Source: Clostridia bacterium
GTDB lineage: Bacteria > Bacillota > Clostridia > UBA1381
Direction: 5' to 3'
Length of the DNA: 64,000 bases
NCBI GenBank assembly: GCA_045648165.1
Contig: JAZRNL010000008.1
Location: forward strand, 50,834-114,833
Made by a program: the position numbers and the translations under genes. Below are positions 29,089 to 38,273 of the stretch, in pieces (position 1 is the stretch's first letter; each line of letters starts with the position of its first letter). Under the pieces are notes generated by a model. It did no database searches and was not told the origin of the DNA. It was given only the letters and a program-made list of their open reading frames with translations.

Positions 29089-29707
29089 TTTGAATCCATA
29101 TGAGGTACTTGGCGTTCCTGAGAATGCCGATCAGGAAACCATAAAAAAAGCTTACAAAGAGCTTGTAAAAAAATATCATCCCGACAAATACGTTAATAAC
29201 CCATTGGCGGACCTTGCAAGCGAAAAATTAAAAGAAATAAATAAAGCCTATGATATGCTTACAAAAAACTCTCAAAACTCATATTCGGAAGGGTATGCCG
29301 GCAAAGGAAGTAACTCCTACGGTAATAACTACAGAGGATACAACACAAGCAATCACAATTTCCAAACTGTACGGATGCTTATCAGTATGCGGCAATACGC
29401 ACAGGCTATCAACATCCTGAATTCTCTCCCCCACAATGCAGAATGGAATTACCTTATGGGTGTTTGCAGAATTAATATGGGTATGTACGATTCAGGCATT
29501 TCCCACTTAAGAACTGCCGTACAAATGGAACCAAACAACCTGGAATATCGCTCCACCCTGAACAATGTAGAAAACAGAAACACAACTTACCGCCAGTACG
29601 ACACTATGTCAGGTTGCGGTACAGACCCCTGTTCCTGCTGTTCTAACCTCATTTGTGCAGACTGCTGCTGCGAATGTATGGGCGGTGACCTTATTTCATG
29701 CTGCTGA
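29078..29707 (+). CDS. J-domain protein with N/Y/G-rich linker, TPR-like region and C-terminal cysteine string
   Basis: J domain NPYEVLGV...KKYHPDK with the HPD tripeptide. The tail [31 protein letters not shown] has 11 Cys in the last 31 residues. It overlaps the DUF5685 gene by 11 nt. Confidence 0.8.
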   Translation: MWNNLNPYEVLGVPENADQETIKKAYKELVKKYHPDKYVNNPLADLASEKLKEINKAYDMLTKNSQNSYSEGYAGKGSNSYGNNYRGYNTSNHNFQTVRMLISMRQYAQAINILNSLPHNAEWNYLMGVCRINMGMYDSGISHLRTAVQMEPNNLEYRSTLNNVENRNTTYRQYDTMSGCGTDPCSCCSNLICADCCCECMGGDLISCC

Positions 29708-29719
29708 GAGGTGCAGAAT

Positions 29720-30226
29720 ATGACAAAAACGAAAGAGCTTTCTCTCGGTGCAATGGGATGTGCACTGTCGTTCCTGTTTTTGCTGGGATGTTCACTTATC
29801 CCCACAGGCAAGCTTGTAATGGGTTTTCTTGCTTCTTTTGTACCCTGCGTACTATACATCGAAAACAAATCCCTTAAAACTCCTTTACTATCAGGAATTT
29901 CATCTGCATTGCTTGCAGGTCTTATACTACCAAAATCAGGTCTTGGTGGGCTTGTTATAATTATGTACTGCACTTGCCTTTGCTACTATCCGATACTAAA
30001 AGCAATAATAGAAAGATTACGAAATTTGGCTTTTGAATGGATATTAAAAGTGATTTATTTCGTAGTTTTAACTTTAGCCATCAAATTAATTACTAAAGCA
30101 CTGGGAATTGATATATTTAACATATGGGCAGGCATTATCGCACTTTGTGCATATGATTATCTGCTTTCATCCTTAATAGGATACTACACAAGATTTATAT
30201 CACCACGGATAAAAAAATCAAGATGA
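29720..30226 (+). CDS. Polytopic membrane protein of unknown function
   Basis: About 168 aa with 5-6 hydrophobic segments. The GAGAGGTG RBS overlaps the J-protein stop codon, and ATG 29720 lies 13 nt after that stop. Confidence 0.55.
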   Translation: MTKTKELSLGAMGCALSFLFLLGCSLIPTGKLVMGFLASFVPCVLYIENKSLKTPLLSGISSALLAGLILPKSGLGGLVIIMYCTCLCYYPILKAIIERLRNLAFEWILKVIYFVVLTLAIKLITKALGIDIFNIWAGIIALCAYDYLLSSLIGYYTRFISPRIKKSR

Positions 30227-31203
30227 AAGGACCAAATAAAATGTCTGAAAAGAAATGCGAACAGCATATTACCTCAATCGGAGGTCAAGCCGTTATGGAA
30301 GGCGTTATGATGCGCGGGCCTCAGAAAACGGCAGTAGCCGTAAGAAAACCCGACGGAGAAATAACAATCAAGACTGATGAAAACGGTACAAAAAAGAAAA
30401 ATGCTATACTAAAATTACCTATTATACGCGGCTGTATTAATTTTTTTGAAAGTATGGTTATAGGAATAAAAGCACTTATGTACTCCGCGGAATTTGTAGA
30501 TCTCGAAGAAGATGGGCAAAGTGAGAGTAAATTCGAAAAATGGCTGGAAAATAAACTTGGTGACAAAATTAAAGATGTGGTAATTTACTTCTCTCTCATC
30601 ATATCGTTATTCTTGAGTGTGGGTTTATTTATTCTTCTACCTACTGTTATAACAAGAGGAATAGAAGCTATTTTCAACTCCATTCCGTTTGTTGGAACGA
30701 AAACGTTTACCAGTCTTTGCGAGGGTATAATCAGAATGGTTATTTTCCTCAGCTATCTTGCACTCGTTTCGCAAATGAAAGATATAAAAAGAGTATTCGA
30801 ATATCATGGCGCAGAGCATAAAACCATCGCCTGCTATGAAGCCAACGAAGAGTTGACTGTTGAAAATGCAAGAAAACATACACGTCTTCACCCAAGATGT
30901 GGTACAAGCTTTTTGCTTTTTGTTATGGTTGTGAGTATAATAATTTTCTCTCTGCTTCCCAGAACTTCAATTATTCCACGTATCCTTATGCGTATCGCCC
31001 TACTCCCTGTTGTAGCAGGAATTTCATATGAAATTATAAAACTTGCAGGCAGAAGCAAGAGTAAATGTGTTTCTTGGCTTACAAAGCCGGGACTCTGGCT
31101 TCAAAAGCTTACAACAAGAGAACCAGACGACAGCCAGCTTGAAGTTGCAATCGAATCTATAAAAGCAGTTATTCCCGAGGATAAAAACGACGACAAATGG
31201 TAA
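30223..31203 (+). CDS. DUF1385 (YqhQ-like) membrane protein
   Basis: IGGQAVMEGVMMRGP...HGAEHKTI...HPRCGTSF signature, in the usual position upstream of prmC. Confidence 0.8.
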   Translation: MKGPNKMSEKKCEQHITSIGGQAVMEGVMMRGPQKTAVAVRKPDGEITIKTDENGTKKKNAILKLPIIRGCINFFESMVIGIKALMYSAEFVDLEEDGQSESKFEKWLENKLGDKIKDVVIYFSLIISLFLSVGLFILLPTVITRGIEAIFNSIPFVGTKTFTSLCEGIIRMVIFLSYLALVSQMKDIKRVFEYHGAEHKTIACYEANEELTVENARKHTRLHPRCGTSFLLFVMVVSIIIFSLLPRTSIIPRILMRIALLPVVAGISYEIIKLAGRSKSKCVSWLTKPGLWLQKLTTREPDDSQLEVAIESIKAVIPEDKNDDKW

Positions 31204-32009
31204 TAAATGAATTAAAAAAAGAAATAGAGAAAAAATTAGGGTACAGAGATGCACAGCTTCTGATAACAGGCTTTCTTGACATTTCAGTGACCGAGTATAT
31301 ACTTTCCGGTAATAGTGAAATACCTGAAGATAAAGCAGACAAAATACGCGCTCTTACAACACGTGTAATAAATGGCGAGCCACTGCAATATGTTGTGGGC
31401 ATTACGGAGTTTATGTCGCTGAAATTCAAAGTAAAGCCGGGTGTGCTCATCCCTCGCTCGGATACAGAGACTTTAGTTGAGCAAACTATACATGAAATCG
31501 GCTTAGATAAAGTAAACGTTCTCGACATAGGCACTGGTTCGGGTTGTGTGGCAATCAGCATTGCAAACTACTGCAAAAACGCCGGCGTAACTTCTATAGA
31601 TATAAGCGAAGTGGCACTATCTGTAGCTAAAGAAAATGCGGAATTAAACAGAATCAAAGTTGATTTCAAAAAATACGATATAATGGCAGAAATACCGAAA
31701 GGTAATTTTTATATAATAGTTTCAAACCCTCCTTATATTCCAACTGATGTTATAAAAACCTTAGATTGCAACGTAAAAGATTACGAACCTGAAATAGCCC
31801 TTGACGGAGGCGCAGACGGACTTGATTTTTACAGAAGGATTATTTCGATTGCTCCAACTCTCCTTAATACAGGCGGAAAAATTTTATTTGAAGTAGGATA
31901 TGACCAAAGCGAGAAAGTCTCTGAACTTTTAGAGAAAGATTTTTCGGGAATTTCCATAGTTAAAGACTTGCGCGGTATTAGCAGAGTTGTTATGGGAGTT
32001 TTGAAATAA
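31197..32009 (+). CDS. prmC: Release-factor glutamine N5-methyltransferase
   Basis: GEPLQYVVG, the SAM site DIGTGSGCVAI, and the catalytic NPPY. Confidence 0.9.
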   Translation: MVINELKKEIEKKLGYRDAQLLITGFLDISVTEYILSGNSEIPEDKADKIRALTTRVINGEPLQYVVGITEFMSLKFKVKPGVLIPRSDTETLVEQTIHEIGLDKVNVLDIGTGSGCVAISIANYCKNAGVTSIDISEVALSVAKENAELNRIKVDFKKYDIMAEIPKGNFYIIVSNPPYIPTDVIKTLDCNVKDYEPEIALDGGADGLDFYRRIISIAPTLLNTGGKILFEVGYDQSEKVSELLEKDFSGISIVKDLRGISRVVMGVLK

Positions 32010-32144
32010 CCAGATTAAAGAGCAGAACTATATGATATTTTAAATCAAGACTTTGTCGAGATAAAATTAAATCCGTCCCCTGACCGCCGCAAGGCGATTT
32101 AATCTGCTCAGATGATTTATTCGACATACGTCAGATTTAGTTCA

Positions 32145-32173
32145 CAAAAAAAGAGCACTGCGTGCTCTTTTTT
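32145..32173. terminator. Intrinsic terminator downstream of tRNA-Leu
   Basis: AAAAAAAGAGCAC-TGC-GTGCTCTTTTTTT. Confidence 0.75.
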
Positions 32174-32262
32174 TGGTGCCGATGACCGGGGTCGAACCGG
32201 TACGGGAATCTCTTCCCACGGGATTTTAAGTCCCGGGCGTCTGCCAATTCCGCCACATCGGC
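32174..32262 (-). tRNA. tRNA-Leu(UAA), CCA encoded
   Basis: Hand-folded: acceptor GCCGATG/CATCGGC, anticodon stem CGGGA/TCCCG with loop CTTAAAA, a long variable arm, and TTCGACC in the T-loop. Confidence 0.9.
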
Positions 32263-32389
32263 TTATAACAGGTGGTATTATACCATACACCATATAAAAT
32301 GTCAACTGTTTTTTAATAAAATAAGAAAAAAATCTTGAATTCACATTAAAAATGTGTTAGAATAACTATATTAGCGAGGTGATAAGCAT

Positions 32390-33241
32390 ATGAATTGTTA
32401 TACATCTAAACAATTTTTCGGAGATAGCGAAGAATTTCATGTGAGTCGTATATCGAGCCGGGACGTTCAGCTGCATAGCCATGAATTTATTGAGCTTGTA
32501 TATATTTATTCAGGAGAAGCGTACCACGAAATTGACGGCATTAAATACAAAACTCAAAAGGGCGATATGTTGTTTATAAATTACGGAAGCAACCATAAAA
32601 TATATGCCGATTCGAAATTCGTATATTACAACATTTTATTTACACCCGCCTTTTTAAGTAAAGAGCTTACTAATTCCAGAAATGCATTTGACCTTCTTAT
32701 GCTTAACTCATTCAGCAGCTTTGCGAAATCCGGTCAATGCTCCAAATTTACTTTCAGCGGTTCAGAAATGCTGCTTACCGAAAAAATTATAGAAGAAATG
32801 CAATTGGAATTTAAAAATAAAGAAAACGGACATTTTGAAATAATTAAAAGCTATATGACCGTACTGCTTATAAATCTGTTTAGAAAAATGGATGCCACAT
32901 CCTCACTCCCTGAAAAAAAGAAAATCCCCGCAGAAATGATTGAATATATTGAATCCCACTATAAAGAAAAAATAACGATTAATACACTTGCTGGCAGATG
33001 CTTCTATAATCCATCATATTTCAGCCGGATTTTCAAAGAAACATATGGTGTAAATTTAACACAATTTATTGCAGATAAACGCTTTGATAATGCATGTATA
33101 CTTCTTACAACTACGAATCATACAGTTGAAGAAATAGCTGTTATGTCCGGATATAAAAACACTGCTGCAATATATAAACATTTCAAATCAAAGCTTGGTA
33201 TCACACCAAACGAATATAGGCATAAAAACACCTCTATATGA
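32390..33241 (+). CDS. AraC-family transcriptional regulator (cupin plus double HTH)
   Basis: N-terminal cupin (HSHEFIELVYIYSG) and C-terminal AraC HTH (SYFSRIFKETYGVNLTQF...GITPNEYR). Confidence 0.88.
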   Translation: MNCYTSKQFFGDSEEFHVSRISSRDVQLHSHEFIELVYIYSGEAYHEIDGIKYKTQKGDMLFINYGSNHKIYADSKFVYYNILFTPAFLSKELTNSRNAFDLLMLNSFSSFAKSGQCSKFTFSGSEMLLTEKIIEEMQLEFKNKENGHFEIIKSYMTVLLINLFRKMDATSSLPEKKKIPAEMIEYIESHYKEKITINTLAGRCFYNPSYFSRIFKETYGVNLTQFIADKRFDNACILLTTTNHTVEEIAVMSGYKNTAAIYKHFKSKLGITPNEYRHKNTSI

Positions 33242-33419
33242 GGTGTTTTACTTTTATAAATATAAAAATTGTGTTGAAAAATTATAAAAAGCTATTAAAT
33301 TTAAATTACCAATACTATATAATTATAAAAAGATGGGTTAAATCAACTTACCTTTTTTTGATAAAAACTTGCGAATTGGGTGATTAACATTCCAAACACA
33401 AAATAGTGCCATATTTGAG

Positions 33420-33703
33420 TCACTCGCCATATATACTCTGGCATTACCTCATTACTATATTCCCAAAGGCTCAGGTTACAACAGATATTATTTTACAAGA
33501 ATATTCAAACAATATAAAGGCAACAACATAGTATTACACACGGACACGAAGCAAAAAACTTAGCAAAAAACTCCTTTTAAAAAAATAACGACTCTATTGA
33601 TAAAATCGCAGCAGAATATGGATTTGAAAATAGTTCTTATTTCGCAAAAGTATTACGTAATCACTGCGGATGTTTGCCAACAGATTTCAGAAAAAATCAA
33701 TAA
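33420..33703 (+). pseudogene. Decayed AraC-family regulator remnant
   Basis: Frame-broken AraC HTH pieces: YFTRIFKQYKG followed by an in-frame stop, then in another frame IAAEYGFENSSYFAKVLRNHCGCLPTDFRKNQ-stop (33583-33703). There is no N-terminal domain and no start codon. Confidence 0.6.
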
Positions 33704-33820
33704 TCAAAAATAGCAGTAAAAAGTCCTAACGCCGGCTTTTGCAGGGGTGCAAATGCCGTGCTTGCCAATAATGCCTTTAGGCATATAAAAAGGCAAATTA
33801 TCGAACATTATCTTACAAGA

Positions 33821-33866
33821 AAAAAACCGCATAAGAGCATATATTTTAGCTTTTATACGGTTTTCT
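33821..33866 (-). terminator. Intrinsic terminator ending the 17-gene redox cluster
   Basis: On the minus strand: AAAACCGTATAAAAGC-loop-GCTCTTATGCGGTTTTTTT. It begins 26 nt after the transporter stop codon. Confidence 0.7.
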
Positions 33867-33891
33867 TTTATCTTATTATATACATTATTGA

Positions 33892-35124
33892 TTAAAATAA
33901 AATTATAATAAATTGAGCAGCAAAGACTACTGCTACAAGGGCAATAGGATAAGTTGCAGCATATGCTGCCGCCACATCTTCCGTTTCTGCAACGTGAATA
34001 AGTGTACCCAATGCAGGTGTACTTGTCATACCGCCGGTAATTGAACCAAGGATATTTAAAATACTTATTTTAAGAACATATTTTGCAAAAACAAAACCTA
34101 TTATCATAGGAAGAATTGTCATTATTATGCCATAAACAAAATAATCTATTTTAAATTCCTGCATAAATCTTGCACCGCCAGAAATCCCTGCACCTACAAG
34201 AAACAACACAAGACCTAATTCTCTGAAAACTTTTAAAGTTGTTACAGAAGGCATAATATTTACTTTTCCTATTTTCCCGAAATGACCAAAAACAAGAGAT
34301 GCTAAAAGACATCCGCCTGTTGTTGTTAATGAGAAAGTTGTACCATCCAAGCCTTTGCTTGAAAGAGGGATTTTTATCATACCAATAAAAACTCCGATTA
34401 CTGCAGCTATTGCAAATGGCGCAATTCCAAAATCATCAAGTTCAATTATTTTACCTGTTAGTTTTTTTGAAACATTAGACTGTTCAGCAACAACCAATTT
34501 TTCACGCTCTTTGTCCATATTCACCTTTAAAATTTTAGGTATAAGCTGAACAAATAAAACAACACCAATAACGCCAAAAATATAAGCAATACCGTAGCCA
34601 ACCGAAACAAGCTGTTCCATTTCAGGGCTTGCTACTGATGCCTTGGCTGCGGAAAACGCCGGTGTAGATGTTAATGCCCCGGCAAATAAGCCGGACACAA
34701 TAGCAGAAAGCCTTTCCATATCAGTTTCGCCCATTAATTTACCGATATATACACACCCAACCGCAACAAGCGCACCTGATATTATAATAACTAATCCAAG
34801 TAACACATATGAAGTAAAATTCTTTTTCATATTGCTAAAAAACTTAGGGCCGGCAATAAATCCAACTGATGAAACAAACAGGATAAGTCCAAGATTTTCA
34901 ACAATCTTCAAAGCATTAGTAGTATAATCAGGAAGCTGAGCTTCAAGATTATCATAAAACAAACAACCAAATACCAAGGCAACTATAAACACGCCGGCTG
35001 AACCTAAAGATATACCCTTGATTGTTATTCTGCCCAACGCATAACCTACAGCCAGAATACACATAATGCAAAATACTAAAAATGTTATTCCTGTAATAGG
35101 TACAACTCCGCCAAATAAATTCAT
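33892..35124 (-). CDS. AAE-family (aspartate:alanine / succinate exporter type, YidE/YbjL-like) transporter, short form
   Basis: 410 aa made of two Asp-Al_Ex-like halves (GRITIKGISLGSAGVFIVALVFG and a second repeat). They are joined by a short linker in place of the RCK_C domains seen in 550-aa members. Confidence 0.7.
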   Translation of the reverse strand: MNLFGGVVPITGITFLVFCIMCILAVGYALGRITIKGISLGSAGVFIVALVFGCLFYDNLEAQLPDYTTNALKIVENLGLILFVSSVGFIAGPKFFSNMKKNFTSYVLLGLVIIISGALVAVGCVYIGKLMGETDMERLSAIVSGLFAGALTSTPAFSAAKASVASPEMEQLVSVGYGIAYIFGVIGVVLFVQLIPKILKVNMDKEREKLVVAEQSNVSKKLTGKIIELDDFGIAPFAIAAVIGVFIGMIKIPLSSKGLDGTTFSLTTTGGCLLASLVFGHFGKIGKVNIMPSVTTLKVFRELGLVLFLVGAGISGGARFMQEFKIDYFVYGIIMTILPMIIGFVFAKYVLKISILNILGSITGGMTSTPALGTLIHVAETEDVAAAYAATYPIALVAVVFAAQFIIILF

Positions 35125-35140
35125 AGCACAAAACTCTCCT

Positions 35141-36739
35141 TTATTTCTTTCTTGTGTAGTCAGGCAAAAGTTTGGGTGAAGCTACTTGAGTATCAATGCC
35201 TGCATCAGAAATTTCTTTTTCGAATTTCTCAATATGTGAGAGTGAAAGCTTACCTACATTTACATTCTTAGCTTTTGCCGCAGCATTCTGACCAGCACTT
35301 CTGCCAAATACAATTATATCCAGCAGAGAATTACCCATAAGTCTGTTCTTACCGTGAATTCCGCCAACTGCTTCGCCTGCAACAAATAAGTTTTCTACAT
35401 TAGTTGTCATACAGTCTGCAGTAATGTCAAGACCGCCGTTCTGATAGTGAAGTGTGGGATAAACCAAAATAGGCTCTTTTCGGATATCTATGCCGTATTT
35501 TTCAAACATACGCATCATAGCCGGAATTCTCTTCTCTATAGTTCCTTCCCCACCGATTTTTTCTATCATCGGGGTATCAAGCCAAACACCTTCACCACTT
35601 CCGGTATCTACACCATTACCTCTTTCAGAACATTCACGAATAATAGAAGCCGCAGCAACATCACGTGTTTCAAGGGGATGCATAAACACTTCACCATTCT
35701 GGTTAACAAGTTTTGCACCAAGTGAGCGGACTTTTTCAGTAACAAGTGCACCAAAAATCTGTTCCGGATAAGCAACACCTGTGGGGTGATACTGAAGTGT
35801 TTCAGCATAAAGAAGCTTTGCACCTGCGCGGTATCCGAGAACAAGACCATCTGCAGTTGCTCCGTAGTGATTTGATGTTGGGAATCCCTGATAATGCATA
35901 CGACCTGCGCCGCCTGTTGCAATGATAACTGTTTTTGCTTTTGCAACCAGGAGCTCTTTTGTTTCCATATTCATAAGAACAGCTCCGGCCGCATTACCGT
36001 TTTCATCAAGAATAAGTTCGATTGCGGAAGTGAAATCAACCACGGGGATATTACGGTTTAAAACTTCGTCACGTAGAGTTCTCATGATTTCAGCACCGGA
36101 ATAATCCTTTGCCGCATGCATTCTCTTTCTTGAAGTACCGCCGCCGTGAGTTGTTACCATTGTTCCGTCAGCTTCTTTGTCGAATTCAACACCTAAATTA
36201 CTAAGCCACAAAATAGCCTCTGGCGCATCACAAACGAGCTTTGATAAGAGCTCTCTTTTTGCAGCAAAATGTCCGCCACCGAAAGCATCAACAAAATGGA
36301 TTGCAGGAGAATCGTTTGGCTTATCAGCCGCCTGAATACCGCCTTCAGCCATCATTGTATTTGCATCACCCATTCTGAGCTTTGTAACAATCATAACATC
36401 AGCACCGGCTTCGTGAGCTTCAATTGCCGCAGATGTACCCGCACCGCCACCACCGATGATTAAAACATCAGTTTCGTAATCGGGTTTTGTGAGGTCAACG
36501 CTGTCTTTTGTTATGCGGCTGTGTGCCTGTAAAATTTCAGCAAGTTCTGTTGGAACCTTATCTCCCTTATTAGGGCCGATTTTTAAAACATCAAATTCGT
36601 CCTTTTTATAGTCCGGATGAAAAGCCGCAAGCAAATCTTCTTTCTGCTTTGCAGTCATACGATCCGGTTCTAATGCAATATTTTTTTCTCTTGCCGCTTC
36701 AACCGCCGCAATAGACTTTTGAAATTTTTCCGAATACAT
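35141..36739 (-). CDS. Soluble fumarate reductase / succinate dehydrogenase-family flavoprotein (TfrA/FrdA-like)
   Basis: FAD fold VLIIGGGGAGTSAA begins near residue 92. Also present: LQYHPTG, ETRD, GATADG and GIHGKNRLMGNSLLD. ANTMMAEGG lacks the His used for covalent FAD attachment. Confidence 0.75.
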   Translation of the reverse strand: MYSEKFQKSIAAVEAAREKNIALEPDRMTAKQKEDLLAAFHPDYKKDEFDVLKIGPNKGDKVPTELAEILQAHSRITKDSVDLTKPDYETDVLIIGGGGAGTSAAIEAHEAGADVMIVTKLRMGDANTMMAEGGIQAADKPNDSPAIHFVDAFGGGHFAAKRELLSKLVCDAPEAILWLSNLGVEFDKEADGTMVTTHGGGTSRKRMHAAKDYSGAEIMRTLRDEVLNRNIPVVDFTSAIELILDENGNAAGAVLMNMETKELLVAKAKTVIIATGGAGRMHYQGFPTSNHYGATADGLVLGYRAGAKLLYAETLQYHPTGVAYPEQIFGALVTEKVRSLGAKLVNQNGEVFMHPLETRDVAAASIIRECSERGNGVDTGSGEGVWLDTPMIEKIGGEGTIEKRIPAMMRMFEKYGIDIRKEPILVYPTLHYQNGGLDITADCMTTNVENLFVAGEAVGGIHGKNRLMGNSLLDIIVFGRSAGQNAAAKAKNVNVGKLSLSHIEKFEKEISDAGIDTQVASPKLLPDYTRKK

Positions 36740-36752
36740 ATTCTTTTCCTCC

Positions 36753-37427
36753 TTACTTCTCTATTTCACGGGTGTTATAAAGCTCTTTCATTTCCTCAAT
36801 TGGCTTTTGCATAAGAGCTTCTATAAGTTCTTTAAAATCACCATTTTCAATTTCCTTAACGCGATCCTCTAAATGACCACATCCCGGAGCTAAATACTTT
36901 CCGTTAATTCTTCTGGCAAGCATCGCAACCTGAGGATGTGAAATTCCTGCGGGGCATCTTGAAGAACATACTCCACACATTACACAGTCAAAAGATTCCT
37001 CAGCACATTTTTCAAAATCACCGCGCTGTGCATAGGCAATATACTGCATAACATTAAGTCCCTGAGTACAGCTTTTAGTGCAGGCCTTACAGCCGATACA
37101 AGCATAAATTTCGGGATAAAGCTGCATCATAACAGATTCATTTACAGGAATGTTTTCAATATCATAGCCTTCCTTAACAAGCGGGAAGAAAGGAAGAGTT
37201 GCAATATACATATTGTCCTCAACCTTAGTCTGACAAGCAAGACAAGCTTTAAGCTCCTTATCGCCTTTTATGCGGTAAATAGTTGCACAGGCACCACAAA
37301 AACCGTTACGGCAGCCGCAACCGCGAACCAACTGGTATCCTGCATATTCCATAGCGGTCATAATTGTTAAATTTTCGGGTACTTCATATTTTTTACCGAA
37401 AAGAAATATATTAACTAATTTTTCCAT
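36753..37427 (-). CDS. SdhB/FrdB-like iron-sulfur subunit (2Fe-2S plus two Cys clusters), no CCG domain
   Basis: CGCRNGFCGAC...C..C at the N-terminus, then CIGCKACTKSC and CVMCGVCSSRCP. Confidence 0.75.
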   Translation of the reverse strand: MEKLVNIFLFGKKYEVPENLTIMTAMEYAGYQLVRGCGCRNGFCGACATIYRIKGDKELKACLACQTKVEDNMYIATLPFFPLVKEGYDIENIPVNESVMMQLYPEIYACIGCKACTKSCTQGLNVMQYIAYAQRGDFEKCAEESFDCVMCGVCSSRCPAGISHPQVAMLARRINGKYLAPGCGHLEDRVKEIENGDFKELIEALMQKPIEEMKELYNTREIEK

Positions 37428-37439
37428 GTTACCTCTCCT

Positions 37440-38273
37440 TTAATACTCATCCGGAAGCTCATCAAGCTCATCACATCTGAAAACCGGACCGTCTTTGCAC
37501 ACATATTTTGCACCAACATTACATCTTCCGCATTTGCCGACACCACACTTCATTCTAAGCTCAAGCGTTGTGTAAATCTGCGTTTTATCAAAACCAAGTT
37601 CACAAAGTCCATCCAAAGTAAACTTAATCATAATAGGAGGGCCGCAAAGAACTGCTGTTTTATTTGTGTCAAAGCCGAGTTTCTTTACATAATTGGGAAC
37701 AAATCCAACATGACCATCCCACCCATCTTGGGGATTGTCAATAGTAAGATGAACCTTTACGCCTGCATCCTGTGACCACTCATCAATGATTTCTTTATAA
37801 TCAAGCAAATCATCCTTACTTCTTGAACCGTAAACTATATCAATTTCACCATAGCGGTCACGATAATGTCTGCAATAATTAATTACGGAGCGAAGTGGTG
37901 CAAGACCAACACCACCTGCAATAAACAACAGGTTTTTGCCTGCAAATACATCATCAACAGGGAACGGTTTTCCGTATGGGCCTCTGATTGTTATCTGCTG
38001 ACCAACCTCTGCCTGATGTAGCCAGTCGGTTACGCATCCGCATTTTTTAATAGAAAATTCCATATACTCTTCGTTCGTGGGAGAAGACGTTATAGAAAAC
38101 ATTGCTTCTCCAACTCCGGGGACAGAAAGCATAGCACACTGACCGGGACGATGGTCAAAAGCTTTTTTGCCATCAGGCAAAACAACTCTGAAGGTTTTGA
38201 TATCAGGAGTGTCGATACGAACATCAGTTATAACACCGACTTTTGGTATTAAAGTTTCTTCTCTGTTATTCAC
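37440..38273 (-). CDS. flxA: FlxA-like FAD/NAD(P)H-binding oxidoreductase with C-terminal 2Fe-2S (AsrB/HydG/PyrK fold)
   Basis: FNR-like fold (RPGQCAML, LLFIAGGVGLAPLRS) and a terminal CGVGKCGRCNVG. Confidence 0.75.
   Translation of the reverse strand: MNNREETLIPKVGVITDVRIDTPDIKTFRVVLPDGKKAFDHRPGQCAMLSVPGVGEAMFSITSSPTNEEYMEFSIKKCGCVTDWLHQAEVGQQITIRGPYGKPFPVDDVFAGKNLLFIAGGVGLAPLRSVINYCRHYRDRYGEIDIVYGSRSKDDLLDYKEIIDEWSQDAGVKVHLTIDNPQDGWDGHVGFVPNYVKKLGFDTNKTAVLCGPPIMIKFTLDGLCELGFDKTQIYTTLELRMKCGVGKCGRCNVGAKYVCKDGPVFRCDELDELPDEY

Noticed and set aside
32117-32344. 61-aa and 75-aa ORFs, and likewise 57230-57442 and 57431-57643.
   Set aside because: They overlap tRNA-Leu, or tRNA-Val and tRNA-Pro, and their terminators. 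The GC-rich tRNA sequence generates the open frames.
35141-36739. Alternative call of the flavoprotein as L-aspartate oxidase (NadB).
   Set aside because: It is immediately followed by an SdhB-type Fe-S subunit gene and preceded by fumC and mdh, and no nadA or nadC is nearby. This cannot be excluded without phylogeny, so it is kept as the main caveat in the findings.
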